The notes under the pieces: model-generated
Told to the model about the DNA's origin: nothing
The model's database searches: none
The model's input: only the letters and a program-made list of their open reading frames with translations
In this document: positions 18,831 through 29,330 of the stretch, piece after piece
How the letters are laid out: the number at the start of each line of letters is the position of its first letter
How positions within the stretch are numbered: the stretch's first letter is position 1
Assembly (NCBI GenBank): GCA_963733095.1
Contig: CAVTBV010000006.1
Coordinates: forward strand, 1 to 64,000
Origin: Candidatus Bathyarchaeota archaeon
Lineage (GTDB): Archaea > Thermoproteota > Bathyarchaeia > Bathyarchaeales > Bathycorpusculaceae
Reading direction: 5' to 3'
Length of the DNA stretch: 64,000 bases
Made by a program: the position numbers and the translations under genes

Positions 18831-19049
18831 ATGACACCTGACGGGTACACTGAATATAAACGCAGGGAATTCTGTAGAGACGTCAAATGTACAGTCCAGC
18901 TTGAATTGAATGAGCAAACCGAAGGGTCACCTGCGTACGAGAAAACTCGCCAAAAATGCAGCGTCGCCTGCCTATACACAACATGGCAGTTTCACCACTG
19001 GCTCATAGAAAAAGGCTACTTAATCCTAAAACCGAAAACTTTCAAATAA
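18831..19049 (+). CDS. small Cys/His protein
   Basis: EFCRDVKC...CSVAC..TWQFHHWL. Confidence 0.75.
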   Translation: MTPDGYTEYKRREFCRDVKCTVQLELNEQTEGSPAYEKTRQKCSVACLYTTWQFHHWLIEKGYLILKPKTFK

Positions 19050-19386
19050 TGCTTAGGTCCTGATTTCTAAATCTCAATAATAAAAAATAATTTGTGGTTG
19101 ACCGACCTCAACACTTTTTTTATGGAATGTTTAGAGAAAGGTCATTTAGTTCGCTGTGGTATTGTACAGCGTGGAGTTCATCGTTTTGCATTTTGGACAT
19201 TGGTAAAAAATGATGCTTCCGTCTTTCTTCTTTCTGGTCCAATGCTGTACTACATTGGGACACTTGTGCATATTTGCAATGGTTATTCCAATTACACTTG
19301 CGATTGTATGGATTGTGGTTTATACGGTTTATCTTGCTCGAAAAACGGGTAGTAGCATGAATAATCAAATAACGGAGACAAATTAG

Positions 19387-19943
19387 ATGTCAGTTGAAGA
19401 ATTTGTTGTAGAAGTTCCTTCAGGTTTAGGACTAATTCCTCTAATAGCGCTAGTCGTAACTGGCGCAGTCCTCATTATTTTAGCTGTTGTTACTGGAAGA
19501 CGCGCAAAAACCATTAGACGAACCTTCATTGTTCTCTTGCTGATTGGGATAGTGCTCATAGGGTTTGGTGTCTTTCTGTATTTTATCACGGGTGTCTCAT
19601 CCTCGATAACTGTGGGCTCAGGATACGTTAGCATAACGTCTCCCGGTTTTGCAGGTGCAGGCAACATAAACGTTGCCTCCAGCCAGATTACCTCAGCATA
19701 CGTTTCGCAGGTAGGTTCAGGAAACCTTACTCTCTCAAAGCAGCATGGTACGAACTTTGGCGATTTTAATGTAGGCGTGTTTACGCTTGGAAATGGGCAC
19801 ACCGCCCATGTCGTGTCCAATAATTCCACAGATGTCCTCTCGTTCAGTTGACCAATGGCGAATACTTGGTGATTGGAACATCGAATGCTCAGGCACTTGC
19901 AGAGAGCTTTTCACAGAATGTTTATCCTTTAGTCAATCCTTGA
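19387..19943 (+). pseudogene. membrane-anchored PH-domain protein, frameshifted near 19838
   Basis: Two TMs, HGTNFGDFNVGVFTLGNG; continues in another frame as LVQLTNGEYLVIGTSNAQALAESF...NP*. Confidence 0.65.
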
Positions 19944-20011
19944 TTCTGAAGTCTGGATTGCACTAAGCTTATTTAATTGCATAACAGAAAGGTTCCACGG
20001 TGTAATGAACA

Positions 20012-20809
20012 ATGGAGTGGGGAATGAAAAACCGGTTAAGTAGACTCATCCAGAAAGACGGCAAAGCCTTGTTTTTACCAATTGACCATGGATACTTCCA
20101 AGGACCAACACACGGCCTTGAACATCCTGGCGAAACAATTAAGCCAATTATCCGTTACGCCGACGGCCTTATGCTCACACGCGGGGTCTTGCGTAACTGC
20201 ATCGACCCAGCAATCGAGAAACCCATAATAATGCGCGTTTCAGGCGCCGTATCCGTTGTCGGGGAAGACTTAGCTAACGAAAGCGTTGTTACATCCATTG
20301 AGGAAATCCTTAGGTTAAACGCTTCAGCAGTTTCGATGTCTGCGTTTGTCGGAACCAAATACGAAAATAAAAGCCTAAGCAACCTTGCTAAACTTGTCGA
20401 TGAATGCGAAGAATACGGCGTACCTGTTATGGCTGTTTGTGCAGTCGGCAAGGAGCTTGAGAAACGAGAAGCCCGTTACTTAGCCTTAGCTGCGCGCATC
20501 ACCGCAGAAATTGGTGCCCGAGTCGTTAAGACTTACTATTGCAAAGAGAATTTTGAGAAAGTAGTTGATGGTTGTCCAGTTCCCATTGTGATTGCGGGAG
20601 GACCAAAAACCGAAACCCAACGGGAAGTCTTTGATTTCGTCTACGACGGCTTGCAGAAAGGCGCTATAGGAGTTAACTTGGGCAGAAATATTTGGCAAAC
20701 CGAAGCCCCTGTAGCTTCAATAAAAGCTATCCGTGCCATAATCCACGAAGGCTACACACCCCAAGAGGCAGAAGACTTCTACACCCAAGTAAAAGCAGGC
20801 AAAGCTTAA
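20012..20809 (+). CDS. lsrF: LsrF-like thiolase / DhnA-type class I aldolase
   Basis: MEWGMKNRLSR, IDHGYFQGPT, VKTYY Schiff-base Lys, IAGGPK, GRNIWQ. Confidence 0.85.
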   Translation: MEWGMKNRLSRLIQKDGKALFLPIDHGYFQGPTHGLEHPGETIKPIIRYADGLMLTRGVLRNCIDPAIEKPIIMRVSGAVSVVGEDLANESVVTSIEEILRLNASAVSMSAFVGTKYENKSLSNLAKLVDECEEYGVPVMAVCAVGKELEKREARYLALAARITAEIGARVVKTYYCKENFEKVVDGCPVPIVIAGGPKTETQREVFDFVYDGLQKGAIGVNLGRNIWQTEAPVASIKAIRAIIHEGYTPQEAEDFYTQVKAGKA

Positions 20810-20816
20810 CTCTGTT

Positions 20817-21857
20817 TTGGTGATTAGTTTGCTTGCTGCCTTTTACTATAACAACCACGATGTCCGCGTTGAAGAAATCCCCGTTCCACCTATTGGCGAG
20901 GAAGAGGCTCTGCTTAAGGTGATGGCGAGCGGCATCTGCGGCAGCGATGTCTTGGAATGGTATCGTATTCCCAAAGCACCACGTGTGCTGGGACATGAAG
21001 CAACGGGCGTCATAAGTATAGTTGGCAGCAAAGTCTCATCCGTCAAAGTCGGCGACCGGGTCTTCGTCTCGCACCACGTTCCATGTAACAGCTGCCGTCA
21101 CTGCCAACGTGGAAACCACACGGCATGCCACACCCTCCACACAACCAACTACTACCCTGGCGGCTTCGCACAGTACATCAAAATCCCGAAAATCAACATA
21201 GACCTCGGCATATACAAACTGCCCGACGTCATGAGCTTTGAAGAAGGTACATTTATCGAGCCCTTGGCATGCGTTTCACGGGGGCAACGCCTCACTAACC
21301 TGCAAAAAGGCGACAGTCTCCTAATCATCGGTAGTGGCATTTCAGGCATCCTGCACACGCAGTTGGCAAAATTCAAAGGCGTAGAAAACATCGTGGTAGC
21401 CGACATTAACCCTTATCGGCTGGAGATTGCCAAAAAATTCGGTGCAAACCACGCTATCAACGCCAAAGACAACCTCAAAGAAAAACTCAAAGAAGTAAAC
21501 GATGGACACTTAGCTGACCAAGTTGTCGTTTGCACAGGCGCAACCTCAGCTGCCATGTCTGCGATGGACTGCGTCGAAAACGGCGGAACCATCCTGTTCT
21601 TCGCCGTTCCTGATCCAACCGTGAAGCTGCAAGTTCCCATTAACCAGTTCTGGAGAAACGAAATCACCCTGCGCACAAGCTATGGTGCAGCCCCAAACGA
21701 CCTCGAAGACTCACTCAAATACTTGGCAACTGGGCAGATCAATGTTAAAGGCATGATTACGCACAGACTCAGTTTGCGCGAAGCACAAGAAGGTTTCCGA
21801 CTTATGGCTGAAGCGGGGCAATCGCTCAAAGTAATTTTACAACCCAATAGTGCGTAA
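20817..21857 (+). CDS. zinc-dependent alcohol/polyol dehydrogenase
   Basis: GICGSD, GHE, CxxCxxC..C structural zinc, GSGISG; start may be TTG at 20829. Confidence 0.92.
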   Translation: MVISLLAAFYYNNHDVRVEEIPVPPIGEEEALLKVMASGICGSDVLEWYRIPKAPRVLGHEATGVISIVGSKVSSVKVGDRVFVSHHVPCNSCRHCQRGNHTACHTLHTTNYYPGGFAQYIKIPKINIDLGIYKLPDVMSFEEGTFIEPLACVSRGQRLTNLQKGDSLLIIGSGISGILHTQLAKFKGVENIVVADINPYRLEIAKKFGANHAINAKDNLKEKLKEVNDGHLADQVVVCTGATSAAMSAMDCVENGGTILFFAVPDPTVKLQVPINQFWRNEITLRTSYGAAPNDLEDSLKYLATGQINVKGMITHRLSLREAQEGFRLMAEAGQSLKVILQPNSA

Positions 21858-21892
21858 AAGGGATAAAAACACAAGGCTCTATACAATCAAGT

Positions 21893-22507
21893 ATGACAGA
21901 CCTCTTCGACGCAATCAAGCAAAGGCGCAGCGTAAGAAAATATTTGTCCAAACCAGTTCAAAACACGGTTGTTTTGAAGGTTTTGGCGGCTGCTGGCTGG
22001 GCGCCGTCCGCGCATAACTCGCAGTGCTGGCGGTTCATAATTTTACAAGATGCCTCCGTCAAACGGAAGTTGGCGGTTTCTATGGCTGATGCTTGGGCAA
22101 AAGATTTGCAGAGAGACGGCATAACGGTTGAGGTAGATAAACGTCCGGAAAGGGTAGAGCGGTTTGCAACTGTGCCAGTACTCATTTTGGCTTGTTTAAC
22201 CTTGGACGGTCTGCGAAAGTTTCCTGACGCTGAGAGGCAGATGTGTGAGCGAGATTTGGCAGTGGAGAGTTTGGGGGCTGCCATCCAAAACCTACTTTTA
22301 GCGGCACATGCGAAGGGTTTGGGAGCTTGTTGGTTCTGTGCACCAGCGTTTTGCAAAGAAACTGTAAGGAAAAACCTTAAAATTCCCGATGCAGTAGAGC
22401 CTCAAGCGTTTGTTGCTATGGGATATCCTGCTGAGAAACCTCAGGTGCCGATTAAAAAATTGCTTGAAGGCTATTGTTTTGTAGATGTGTGGGGTAGAGC
22501 GCTTTAG
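21893..22507 (+). CDS. nitroreductase family (FbiB C-terminal-like)
   Basis: RRSVRKY, WAPSAHNSQ, QNLLLAAHAKGLGACW. Confidence 0.88.
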   Translation: MTDLFDAIKQRRSVRKYLSKPVQNTVVLKVLAAAGWAPSAHNSQCWRFIILQDASVKRKLAVSMADAWAKDLQRDGITVEVDKRPERVERFATVPVLILACLTLDGLRKFPDAERQMCERDLAVESLGAAIQNLLLAAHAKGLGACWFCAPAFCKETVRKNLKIPDAVEPQAFVAMGYPAEKPQVPIKKLLEGYCFVDVWGRAL

Positions 22508-22830
22508 GATTTTATCATTGTTAAGAGCATTTTGAATTTTGTTTTTGCGGTTAGAGCGTGGGTTTCGTTGGCGGGCATGATGGTTATTTCACCTTTTTTG
22601 ACGATTAGGGGAGTTCCTGATATGGTGACTTCCACTTCGCCGTCAAGCACATAAACCATCGCGTCGAAGGGCGCCGTATGCTCGCTTAAACCCTGATTCT
22701 CATCAAACGCAAACAACGTAACGGTTCCAGATTTTTTGTCGATTAAGGTGCGGCTTACAACTGAGCCCTCTTGATAATCGATCACGCCCTCCAAATTCGA
22801 GGCTTTTGCAGTAAATTCACTATTGTTCAT
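22504..22830 (-). CDS. cupin domain protein
   Basis: LFAFDENQGLSEHTAP, MPANETHAL. Confidence 0.9.
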   Translation of the reverse strand: MNNSEFTAKASNLEGVIDYQEGSVVSRTLIDKKSGTVTLFAFDENQGLSEHTAPFDAMVYVLDGEVEVTISGTPLIVKKGEITIMPANETHALTAKTKFKMLLTMIKS

Positions 22831-22890
22831 AGCTTAAATTCACCCTACCTTCGATATTAGCCTTGCCGAAAATGGTTACTCCAGAAAAGG

Positions 22891-23280
22891 CTACTCTTGC
22901 TTGTCAGGAACAAAATCCATTGATATCGAATTCACACAGTGCCGCATATCTTTTTCTGTGAAGTGTTCACCAGTGAAGACGTGCCCGAGGTGGGCGCCAC
23001 AGTTGGCACATTGAATTTCTGTGCGTACGCCGTCTGGGTCGGGTTTTCGTATAACCGCTCCCGGGATTTCGTCGTCGAAGCTTGGCCAGCCGCAGTCGGC
23101 TTCAAACTTGTTTTCGGAACGGTACAGTTTTGCGCCGCATCGTTTACAGACATAGGTGCCTTTCTTCCAGAAAGCGTAGTATTTGCCTGTGAAGTGCCTT
23201 TCTGTTCCTTTGTGGATGATGACTTGTTCTTCTTCTGGGGTTAGTTTCTTAAAATTGTCTTGAGTTTGAGGAGCTGACAA
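22891..23280 (-). CDS. msrB: methionine-R-sulfoxide reductase
   Basis: GTE, CKRC, CGWPSF, RTEIQCANCGAHLGHVF, RHCVNS. Confidence 0.95.
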   Translation of the reverse strand: MSAPQTQDNFKKLTPEEEQVIIHKGTERHFTGKYYAFWKKGTYVCKRCGAKLYRSENKFEADCGWPSFDDEIPGAVIRKPDPDGVRTEIQCANCGAHLGHVFTGEHFTEKDMRHCVNSISMDFVPDKQE

Positions 23281-23393
23281 TAAAACACCACATTAAACTA
23301 AATATTTGGAGTGTAAAAAACGCTTCTGCAACAATCGGCCTCAAAAAACAGATATAAAGAAGCGGTTGATATTTACTATCTGAAGGGTTTTGA

Positions 23394-23675
23394 ATGGTTG
23401 AAATCACAAGGTTATTTTGGAAACCCGCTGTCACTTCAGACGGTTTTGTGCTAGGTGAAGTGCAGAGCGCAGAATTAGACTTGAGCAACTGGCAAATAAT
23501 CAATCTCTTTGTCGCTTTATCTGAGGAAGCGTCGAAAAAGATGGGTTTTAAGCATCCCTACCTTGGCAAAGTCTTGGTTTGTTTGCCCGTTTCCGCAATT
23601 GAGTCTGTATCTGATAAGGCAGTTCTGAACAAAACAATGGATGAACTGCGTACTCTGAGGCAATGCAGAGAATAA
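23394..23675 (+). CDS. PRC-barrel domain protein
   Basis: AVTSDGFVLGEV..ELDLSNWQI..LPVSAIESVSD. Confidence 0.75.
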   Translation: MVEITRLFWKPAVTSDGFVLGEVQSAELDLSNWQIINLFVALSEEASKKMGFKHPYLGKVLVCLPVSAIESVSDKAVLNKTMDELRTLRQCRE

Positions 23676-23921
23676 TCTGCTCTCTTTCTTTATTTTTTTA
23701 ATTTTTTTGCTGTCTCGCCATTTAAGGTACAACGATAAGATAGCACCGAACAGGGCTACCGAGGCAATGATTAATGCGGCTATGATGAATGGTGAGGGCA
23801 AGGACTTTGTATCTGTGTTTAGGGTTTGTTCATTGTAAGAAGCTTTAACAGAAGAAACTGGCACCAAACAAGATGCCGCAACCAAGACGAGCATAAGCAA
23901 GAGCGATACTGCTTTTTTCAT
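23517..23921 (-). CDS. short secreted/anchored protein, possibly a collapsed surface-protein gene
   Basis: Signal peptide MKKAVSLLLMLVL..VKA followed almost directly by a TM and basic tail; 3' part overlaps the PRC gene. Confidence 0.45.
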   Translation of the reverse strand: MKKAVSLLLMLVLVAASCLVPVSSVKASYNEQTLNTDTKSLPSPFIIAALIIASVALFGAILSLYLKWRDSKKIKKIKKESRLFSALPQSTQFIHCFVQNCLIRYRLNCGNGQTNQDFAKVGMLKTHLFRRFLR

Positions 23922-24368
23922 CTGATTCCCTGTTTTTATTGGGCTGGTTTTGTGGTTAAAAGCGTTGTTGTCAAAGTTTCTTGACTAACTGCCCGTTTTT
24001 TAGTAAAGATTTCTTGACTAAGTTGTGTAACATCTTGGGGCTCGTGAGATTTTGGGGGTAATCGGAGCCTAATATCCAACTCTTGCATAGTGCCTATAGA
24101 AGGGTAGCCGAGTACCAACCTATTAGGATCCTTATAGTTAATCATTGCAAAAACAATAGAGGGGGGCGGGTCCACAGAGGGGTGGAAATTATTGGCGTTT
24201 TTTCAAGCCGTTAACCCATCAAAACAAGCCAATCGCTAAATCGCAACTTGTTCTTCCATGAGAAACAGGGAAGAATCTGTCAAGGTTTGGCTGAAACTTT
24301 ATTAGTGGTTACAAGCTTTTCTGAGTGAAGCACCATGGTGCAATGAATTAACTGTCAAGGCTAAACTT

Positions 24369-24932
24369 ATGACTGAGGCAGCAGCAAATCAAACCCAAGA
24401 TAAACATCAACCCATAAAAGCTTCAGAAATTGAACCGAAGTTCAAGTATGAACTGGTTAAAATGCATGGAAGCGAAAAAATTCTGAAATGTTTCCAGTGT
24501 GGAACATGCACCTCAGATTGTCCCGTTGCAAGATACAGCGACAATTATCGTCCCCGCACTCTTATCCACATGGCACAGTTGGGCTTAAAAGACCGCGTGC
24601 TAAAAAGCGACACATTATGGCTCTGTGCAGCCTGCTTCACATGCACTGACCGCTGCCCACAAGATGTCGAAGTAGCGGCCGTCATACGCGTCTTTCGCAA
24701 CTTAGCAGCTGAGAAAGGCTGTGTCCCCCAAGTTTTCAAAGACCAAGCCCAAAGCCTCCTCGAATCAGGCTATGCGTTTAAAATTCCTGAACTCCGAGTT
24801 AAAAAACGTGAATCCCAAGGGCTTCCACCCCTACCTAAAGGCTGCCCAGAAAAAGTCTGCAAAACCCTCAAAGGCGTAAAATTCATAGAAAAAATCCAAA
24901 ACCCCCACGGAGACAAACCAATTGGGCAATAA
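24369..24932 (+). CDS. hdrC: heterodisulfide reductase subunit C
   Basis: CFQCGTCTSDCP and WLCAACFTCTDRCP. Confidence 0.93.
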   Translation: MTEAAANQTQDKHQPIKASEIEPKFKYELVKMHGSEKILKCFQCGTCTSDCPVARYSDNYRPRTLIHMAQLGLKDRVLKSDTLWLCAACFTCTDRCPQDVEVAAVIRVFRNLAAEKGCVPQVFKDQAQSLLESGYAFKIPELRVKKRESQGLPPLPKGCPEKVCKTLKGVKFIEKIQNPHGDKPIGQ

Positions 24933-25815
24933 ATACCTCATATTCCTCGGATGCGCCATTCCATACCGCGTTTCTGGCTACGAGATTTCTGCACGCAAAG
25001 TCCTATCTAAATTGGGTGTGGAACTTGTTGAGATGCCAGAGTTCAACTGTTGCGGTTTACCCCTGGACCCCGTTAGCCATGAAACTATGCTAATTTTGGC
25101 TGCTAAAAACTTGGCGTTGGCAGAACAGCAGGGCTTAAACATTCTAACGTTGTGTCCGGGGTGTGCTGGGACTCTAAAGAAAGTTAACAAAATCCTAAAA
25201 GCTGACAAGGCTCAAAGAGAAGAAATTAACACACACCTCAAGGAAGCAGGTTTAGAATTCAAAGGAACAATCGAAGCAAAACACCTGCTTCAACTCCTCA
25301 AAGAGGATGTTGGCGTAGAAAAAATTAAAGCCTCAGTCGAAAAACCACTCACAAACTTCAAAGTTGCAGAGCACAACGGTTGCCACATACTGCGACCCAA
25401 AGAATACATCGGCTTTGATGACCCCGAAGACCCACAAACCCTAAAAATGCTCATCGAAGCCACAGGCGCCACATGCCTAGACTACATCGATGAAACCGAA
25501 TGCTGCGGTGCACCAAGCGTCGGCGTAAGCGACAAAGTAGCACTTGCACTTGCCAGAGACAAACTTAGCCATGTTAAGCAGGTAGAAGCCCAAGCCTTAA
25601 TCACGATTTGCCCGTTCTGCCACATAATGTATGATACTAACGAGTTGCGTATAGAAAAAATGTTTAATGAGGTCTACGGTATTCCGATTCTGCATTATCC
25701 TCAACTGTTGGGGTTAGCTATGGGTATGGCGCCTGAAGAGTTAGCCTTTAATGAACTTCGAGTAAATGCATCAAACCTACTAAAACAAATAAGCCAAGGA
25801 GCAAACAAACCATGA
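24922..25815 (+). CDS. hdrB: heterodisulfide reductase subunit B
   Basis: Two CCG domains (FNCCG..CPGC; ECCG..CPFC), HNGCH. Confidence 0.93.
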   Translation: MGNKYLIFLGCAIPYRVSGYEISARKVLSKLGVELVEMPEFNCCGLPLDPVSHETMLILAAKNLALAEQQGLNILTLCPGCAGTLKKVNKILKADKAQREEINTHLKEAGLEFKGTIEAKHLLQLLKEDVGVEKIKASVEKPLTNFKVAEHNGCHILRPKEYIGFDDPEDPQTLKMLIEATGATCLDYIDETECCGAPSVGVSDKVALALARDKLSHVKQVEAQALITICPFCHIMYDTNELRIEKMFNEVYGIPILHYPQLLGLAMGMAPEELAFNELRVNASNLLKQISQGANKP

Positions 25816-26801
25816 GTCAAAACAAACTAAAAATAGCCTTCTATTGGGCTGCAAGTTGCGGCGGCTGCGAAATAGCTGTCTTAGACTTAAACGAGAAAAT
25901 CCTCGACGTAGTAAAAATAGCAGACATAGTTTTCTGGCCGGTAGCCATCGACGTCAAGTACAAGGATGTTGAGGCGCTTCCAGACAAACGCATAGACATA
26001 ACTTTCTTCAACGGTTCCATCCGTAACAGCGAACAAGAATACATGGCAAAATTACTCAGGGCAAAATCCAAAACTTTAGTTGCATTCGGCTCATGTGCCC
26101 ACGAAGGATGCGTACCGGGACTTGCTAACCTGACCGATAAGAAAGAAATTTTCGAGCAAGTTTACATCAAAGACCAATCAAACATCAACCCTCAAGGAAC
26201 TACCCCAAAAACTCAAACACAAGTCAAAGAAGGCACCCTAAAAATCCCAGAATTCTACGACACGGTAAAAACACTTGCCCAAACAGTAGAAGTCGACTAC
26301 TACCTTCCAGGTTGTCCACCTCCAGTTAAACTAATCGCCGCAGCAGTTGACGCCATCGCAAGCAACAAACTTCCACCCAAAGGCTCCGTGCTCGCACCAC
26401 TCAAAGCAGTATGCGACGAATGCCCCAGAAAACGCGAAAACAAAAAAATCGACAAAATCTACCGCGTCTACGAAAAAGCTCCTGAACCAGAAAAATGCCT
26501 AATGGAACAAGGCATACTCTGCATGGGGATGGCAACCCGAAGCGGCTGCGGTGCTCAATGCTTGAAAGTTGACATGCCCTGTACAGGATGCGGTGGACCA
26601 GCTCCCAGCGTTCCAGAACAAGGTGCAGCCATGATAACTGCTTTAGCATCAATCCTTGGCTACGATGGCGTAGAAGGAAAAACCAAGTACACAGAAAAAG
26701 AAATCGAAGACCTAATGAACCAAATAAAAGACCCAGTGGGCACAGTATACATGTACAGTTTGCCAAATTCTATCTTAAAAAGAAAGGTGATTAAAAAATG
26801 A
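25812..26801 (+). CDS. mvhG: F420-non-reducing [NiFe] hydrogenase small subunit
   Basis: SCGGC, GSCA, LPGCPP, VCDEC, CMG, CTGC. Confidence 0.92.
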   Translation: MSQNKLKIAFYWAASCGGCEIAVLDLNEKILDVVKIADIVFWPVAIDVKYKDVEALPDKRIDITFFNGSIRNSEQEYMAKLLRAKSKTLVAFGSCAHEGCVPGLANLTDKKEIFEQVYIKDQSNINPQGTTPKTQTQVKEGTLKIPEFYDTVKTLAQTVEVDYYLPGCPPPVKLIAAAVDAIASNKLPPKGSVLAPLKAVCDECPRKRENKKIDKIYRVYEKAPEPEKCLMEQGILCMGMATRSGCGAQCLKVDMPCTGCGGPAPSVPEQGAAMITALASILGYDGVEGKTKYTEKEIEDLMNQIKDPVGTVYMYSLPNSILKRKVIKK

Positions 26802-28252
26802 AAGAAATAGTAATAGACCCAATCACTCGGCTTGAAGGACACGGAAACGTATCCATCTTCTTAAACGACCAAGGCGAAGTAGAAAACGCCTACCTCAAAA
26901 TTCCCGAATTGCGAGGGTTCGAAAAATTCTGCGTCGGCAGAAGAGCAGAACTCATGCCCCAGTTGACTACACGCATCTGCGGTGTCTGTCCTGTTGCTCA
27001 CCATTTTGCAGCAGTCAAAGCCTTAGATGCAGCATTCAACGTTGAACCAACCTCAGCTGCGAAGAAACTCCGCGAACTAATGTATGTTGCCTACTTCATC
27101 TACGACCACACCCTTCACTTCTACTACCTCGGTGGACCAGACTTCATCGTTGGACCCGATGCACCAGCAGAAAAACGCAACATCCTCGGCGTCATCGAAA
27201 AAGTCGGAATGCCGATTGCTGCAGAAGTTATAAAACACCGGGCTTACGGCCAGAAAATTACTGAAATCATCGGTGGCAAAGCAACCCATCCCGTTTGTGG
27301 GTTGCCAGGTGGAATCTCTAAGCCTCTTAGTGAAGAGAACAGGCAAGAAATTGAAAAGATGGCTGCTTCTTGCGTTGATTTTGCGAAGTTCACATTAAAA
27401 ATCTTCCATGACATCGTTTTAGGCAACCAAAAATACGTTGATATGATTACGAGTGCAGCTTACACGATGCCAACCTACTACATGGGCATGGTTGACCAAA
27501 ACAACAAAGTCAACTTTTACGACGGAAAAATCCGCGTAGTCGACCCAGCGGGCAAAGAATTCCTCAAGTTCGAATCCAAAGATTACCTCAAACACATAGG
27601 CGAACACGTCGAAGAATGGACCTACAGCAAATTCCCATACCTCAAAGCAGTCGGCTGGAAAGGCCAAGTTGCAGGCGCAGACAGCGGCGTCTACCGAGTT
27701 GGACCACTCGGACGCTTAAACGCATCCGATGGAATGGCAACTCCACTTGCACAAGCAGAATACCAAGAAATGTACAAGACCTTAGGCGGCAAACCAGTTC
27801 ACAGCACACTCGCGTTCCACTGGGCAAGACTCATCGAACTCCTCTATGCTACAGAAAGAGCTATGGAGCTTGTTAAAGACCCCGAAATCACAAGCACAAA
27901 CGTCCGCAACACCCCAGGCGAACCGACCGAAGGCATCGGCATCGTTGAAGCAGCAAGAGGAACACTGATCCACCACTATACCCTCGACAAAGATGCACTC
28001 GTTAAAGACGTAAACCTAATCGTTGCCACAACTAACAATTACCCCGCAATCTGCATGAGCATCCGCGACGCAGCAAAAGGCTTAATCCACGAAGGCAAAG
28101 TCGACCAAGGCATCCTAAACAAAATTGAAATGGCATTCAGAGCATACGACCCATGCTTTGGCTGCGCAACACACGCTGCAATCGGACAAATGCCCCTAAC
28201 TGTCGAAGTCTTCAACGCACAAAAACAGCTAATCAGCTCTATTAGCCGTTAG
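26798..28252 (+). CDS. mvhA: F420-non-reducing [NiFe] hydrogenase large subunit (group 3c)
   Basis: TRLEGH, RICGVC (L1), [11 protein letters not shown] (L2) plus cleavable C-terminal extension. Confidence 0.94.
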   Translation: MKEIVIDPITRLEGHGNVSIFLNDQGEVENAYLKIPELRGFEKFCVGRRAELMPQLTTRICGVCPVAHHFAAVKALDAAFNVEPTSAAKKLRELMYVAYFIYDHTLHFYYLGGPDFIVGPDAPAEKRNILGVIEKVGMPIAAEVIKHRAYGQKITEIIGGKATHPVCGLPGGISKPLSEENRQEIEKMAASCVDFAKFTLKIFHDIVLGNQKYVDMITSAAYTMPTYYMGMVDQNNKVNFYDGKIRVVDPAGKEFLKFESKDYLKHIGEHVEEWTYSKFPYLKAVGWKGQVAGADSGVYRVGPLGRLNASDGMATPLAQAEYQEMYKTLGGKPVHSTLAFHWARLIELLYATERAMELVKDPEITSTNVRNTPGEPTEGIGIVEAARGTLIHHYTLDKDALVKDVNLIVATTNNYPAICMSIRDAAKGLIHEGKVDQGILNKIEMAFRAYDPCFGCATHAAIGQMPLTVEVFNAQKQLISSISR

Positions 28253-28255
28253 TTA

Positions 28256-28305
28256 GCCTTTTCTTTTGGCTTTCTTTATTTTATCCTTTTTTGCATTTTA
28301 TTTTC
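28256..28305 (+). terminator. T-rich archaeal terminator after mvhA
   Basis: Multiple oligo-T tracts immediately after the stop codon. Confidence 0.45.
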
Positions 28306-28359
28306 CAAAGTAAATCTTATATTTCATTACCCTTGAATAATCGTTGTTAAGGGATACGT

Positions 28360-28836
28360 TTGAAAAGTTTAGTGGTCTATTACACAAGGTCAGGTAACAG
28401 TCGTTTCGTGGCTCAAACAATCGCAGCAGAAATAGGCGCAGACGTAGACGAAATAGTAGACCTCAAGAAACGAAGCGGCGTGTTTGGCTATTTGAGTGGT
28501 GGTTTTGATGCTAGGCGCGGCAGAGAGACTGAAATCGCTCCAACTACAAAGTCGCCGGCTGACTATGACCTGATAATCTTTGGGAGCCCTATTTGGGCTG
28601 GAAGGCCTGCTCCAGCAATCACGACATACATCAAAAAGAACGATGTTTCAGGCAAGAAAGTCGCCGTTTTCTTTAGTCAGGGAGGCAAAAAACCGACGGG
28701 TTTTGAACAGACTAAGGCATTAATGCCTAACTCGGAATGCATTGGCGAGCTCTCGCTGACTGCTCCGCTTGGCAACAAAGAAGACTGTGAAAAACAAATA
28801 TCTGATTGGTGCAAAACCTTCACCGCCAAAATTTAA
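28360..28836 (+). CDS. flavodoxin
   Basis: VVYYTRSGNS, YDLIIFGSPIWAG. Confidence 0.9.
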   Translation: MKSLVVYYTRSGNSRFVAQTIAAEIGADVDEIVDLKKRSGVFGYLSGGFDARRGRETEIAPTTKSPADYDLIIFGSPIWAGRPAPAITTYIKKNDVSGKKVAVFFSQGGKKPTGFEQTKALMPNSECIGELSLTAPLGNKEDCEKQISDWCKTFTAKI

Positions 28837-28924
28837 TTGGCAAATTTCTCTTAAAACCCTAACATTTTAGGGTAAAGTCTTATTTGAGCCAGGCGCTCTA
28901 ATTTATAATTGTGAGCTTGAGTCC

Positions 28925-29284
28925 ATGCAGCCACAACCACCCAACCCAGAACACAAAAGAATGAAACGGGAAAAACAAACCATAGGGTACATGGTAGAAA
29001 TATACTGCAAAAACCACCACGGCACACACGGTGAGATATGCCAAGAGTGCAGGCAATTCCAAGAATACGCCTTCATGCGCCTTGACAAATGTCCTTTTCA
29101 AGAGAAAAAAAGTACCTGTGGCAAATGCGTCATCCACTGCTACAAACCTGACATGAAGGAAAAAGTCAAAGTAGTGATGCGTTACTCAGGTCCACGTATG
29201 CTTCTTCATCACCCAAGTTTAGCGTTACATCATGTTTGGGATGCGCGTCGAAAACCACCAACTTTGGACAAGAAAGCAAATTAG
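28925..29284 (+). CDS. YgbA / nitrous oxide-stimulated promoter family protein
   Basis: REKQTI..MVEIYC..HH, RLDKCPF..KSTC..C..HCY, VMRYSGPRM..HP. Confidence 0.9.
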   Translation: MQPQPPNPEHKRMKREKQTIGYMVEIYCKNHHGTHGEICQECRQFQEYAFMRLDKCPFQEKKSTCGKCVIHCYKPDMKEKVKVVMRYSGPRMLLHHPSLALHHVWDARRKPPTLDKKAN

Positions 29285-29330
29285 TGGCAAACTTTTTCAA
29301 TCTTCAAGCCTATTTTTTGTTGGTGCTTCC

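Noticed and set aside
19092-19386. Cys-rich 86-aa ORF and overlapping frames
   Set aside because: No coherent motif; probably a degraded membrane-protein fragment
26798-28252. Possible [NiFeSe] hydrogenase or selenocysteine use
   Set aside because: L2 motif is DPCFGC with Cys codons and no in-frame TGA
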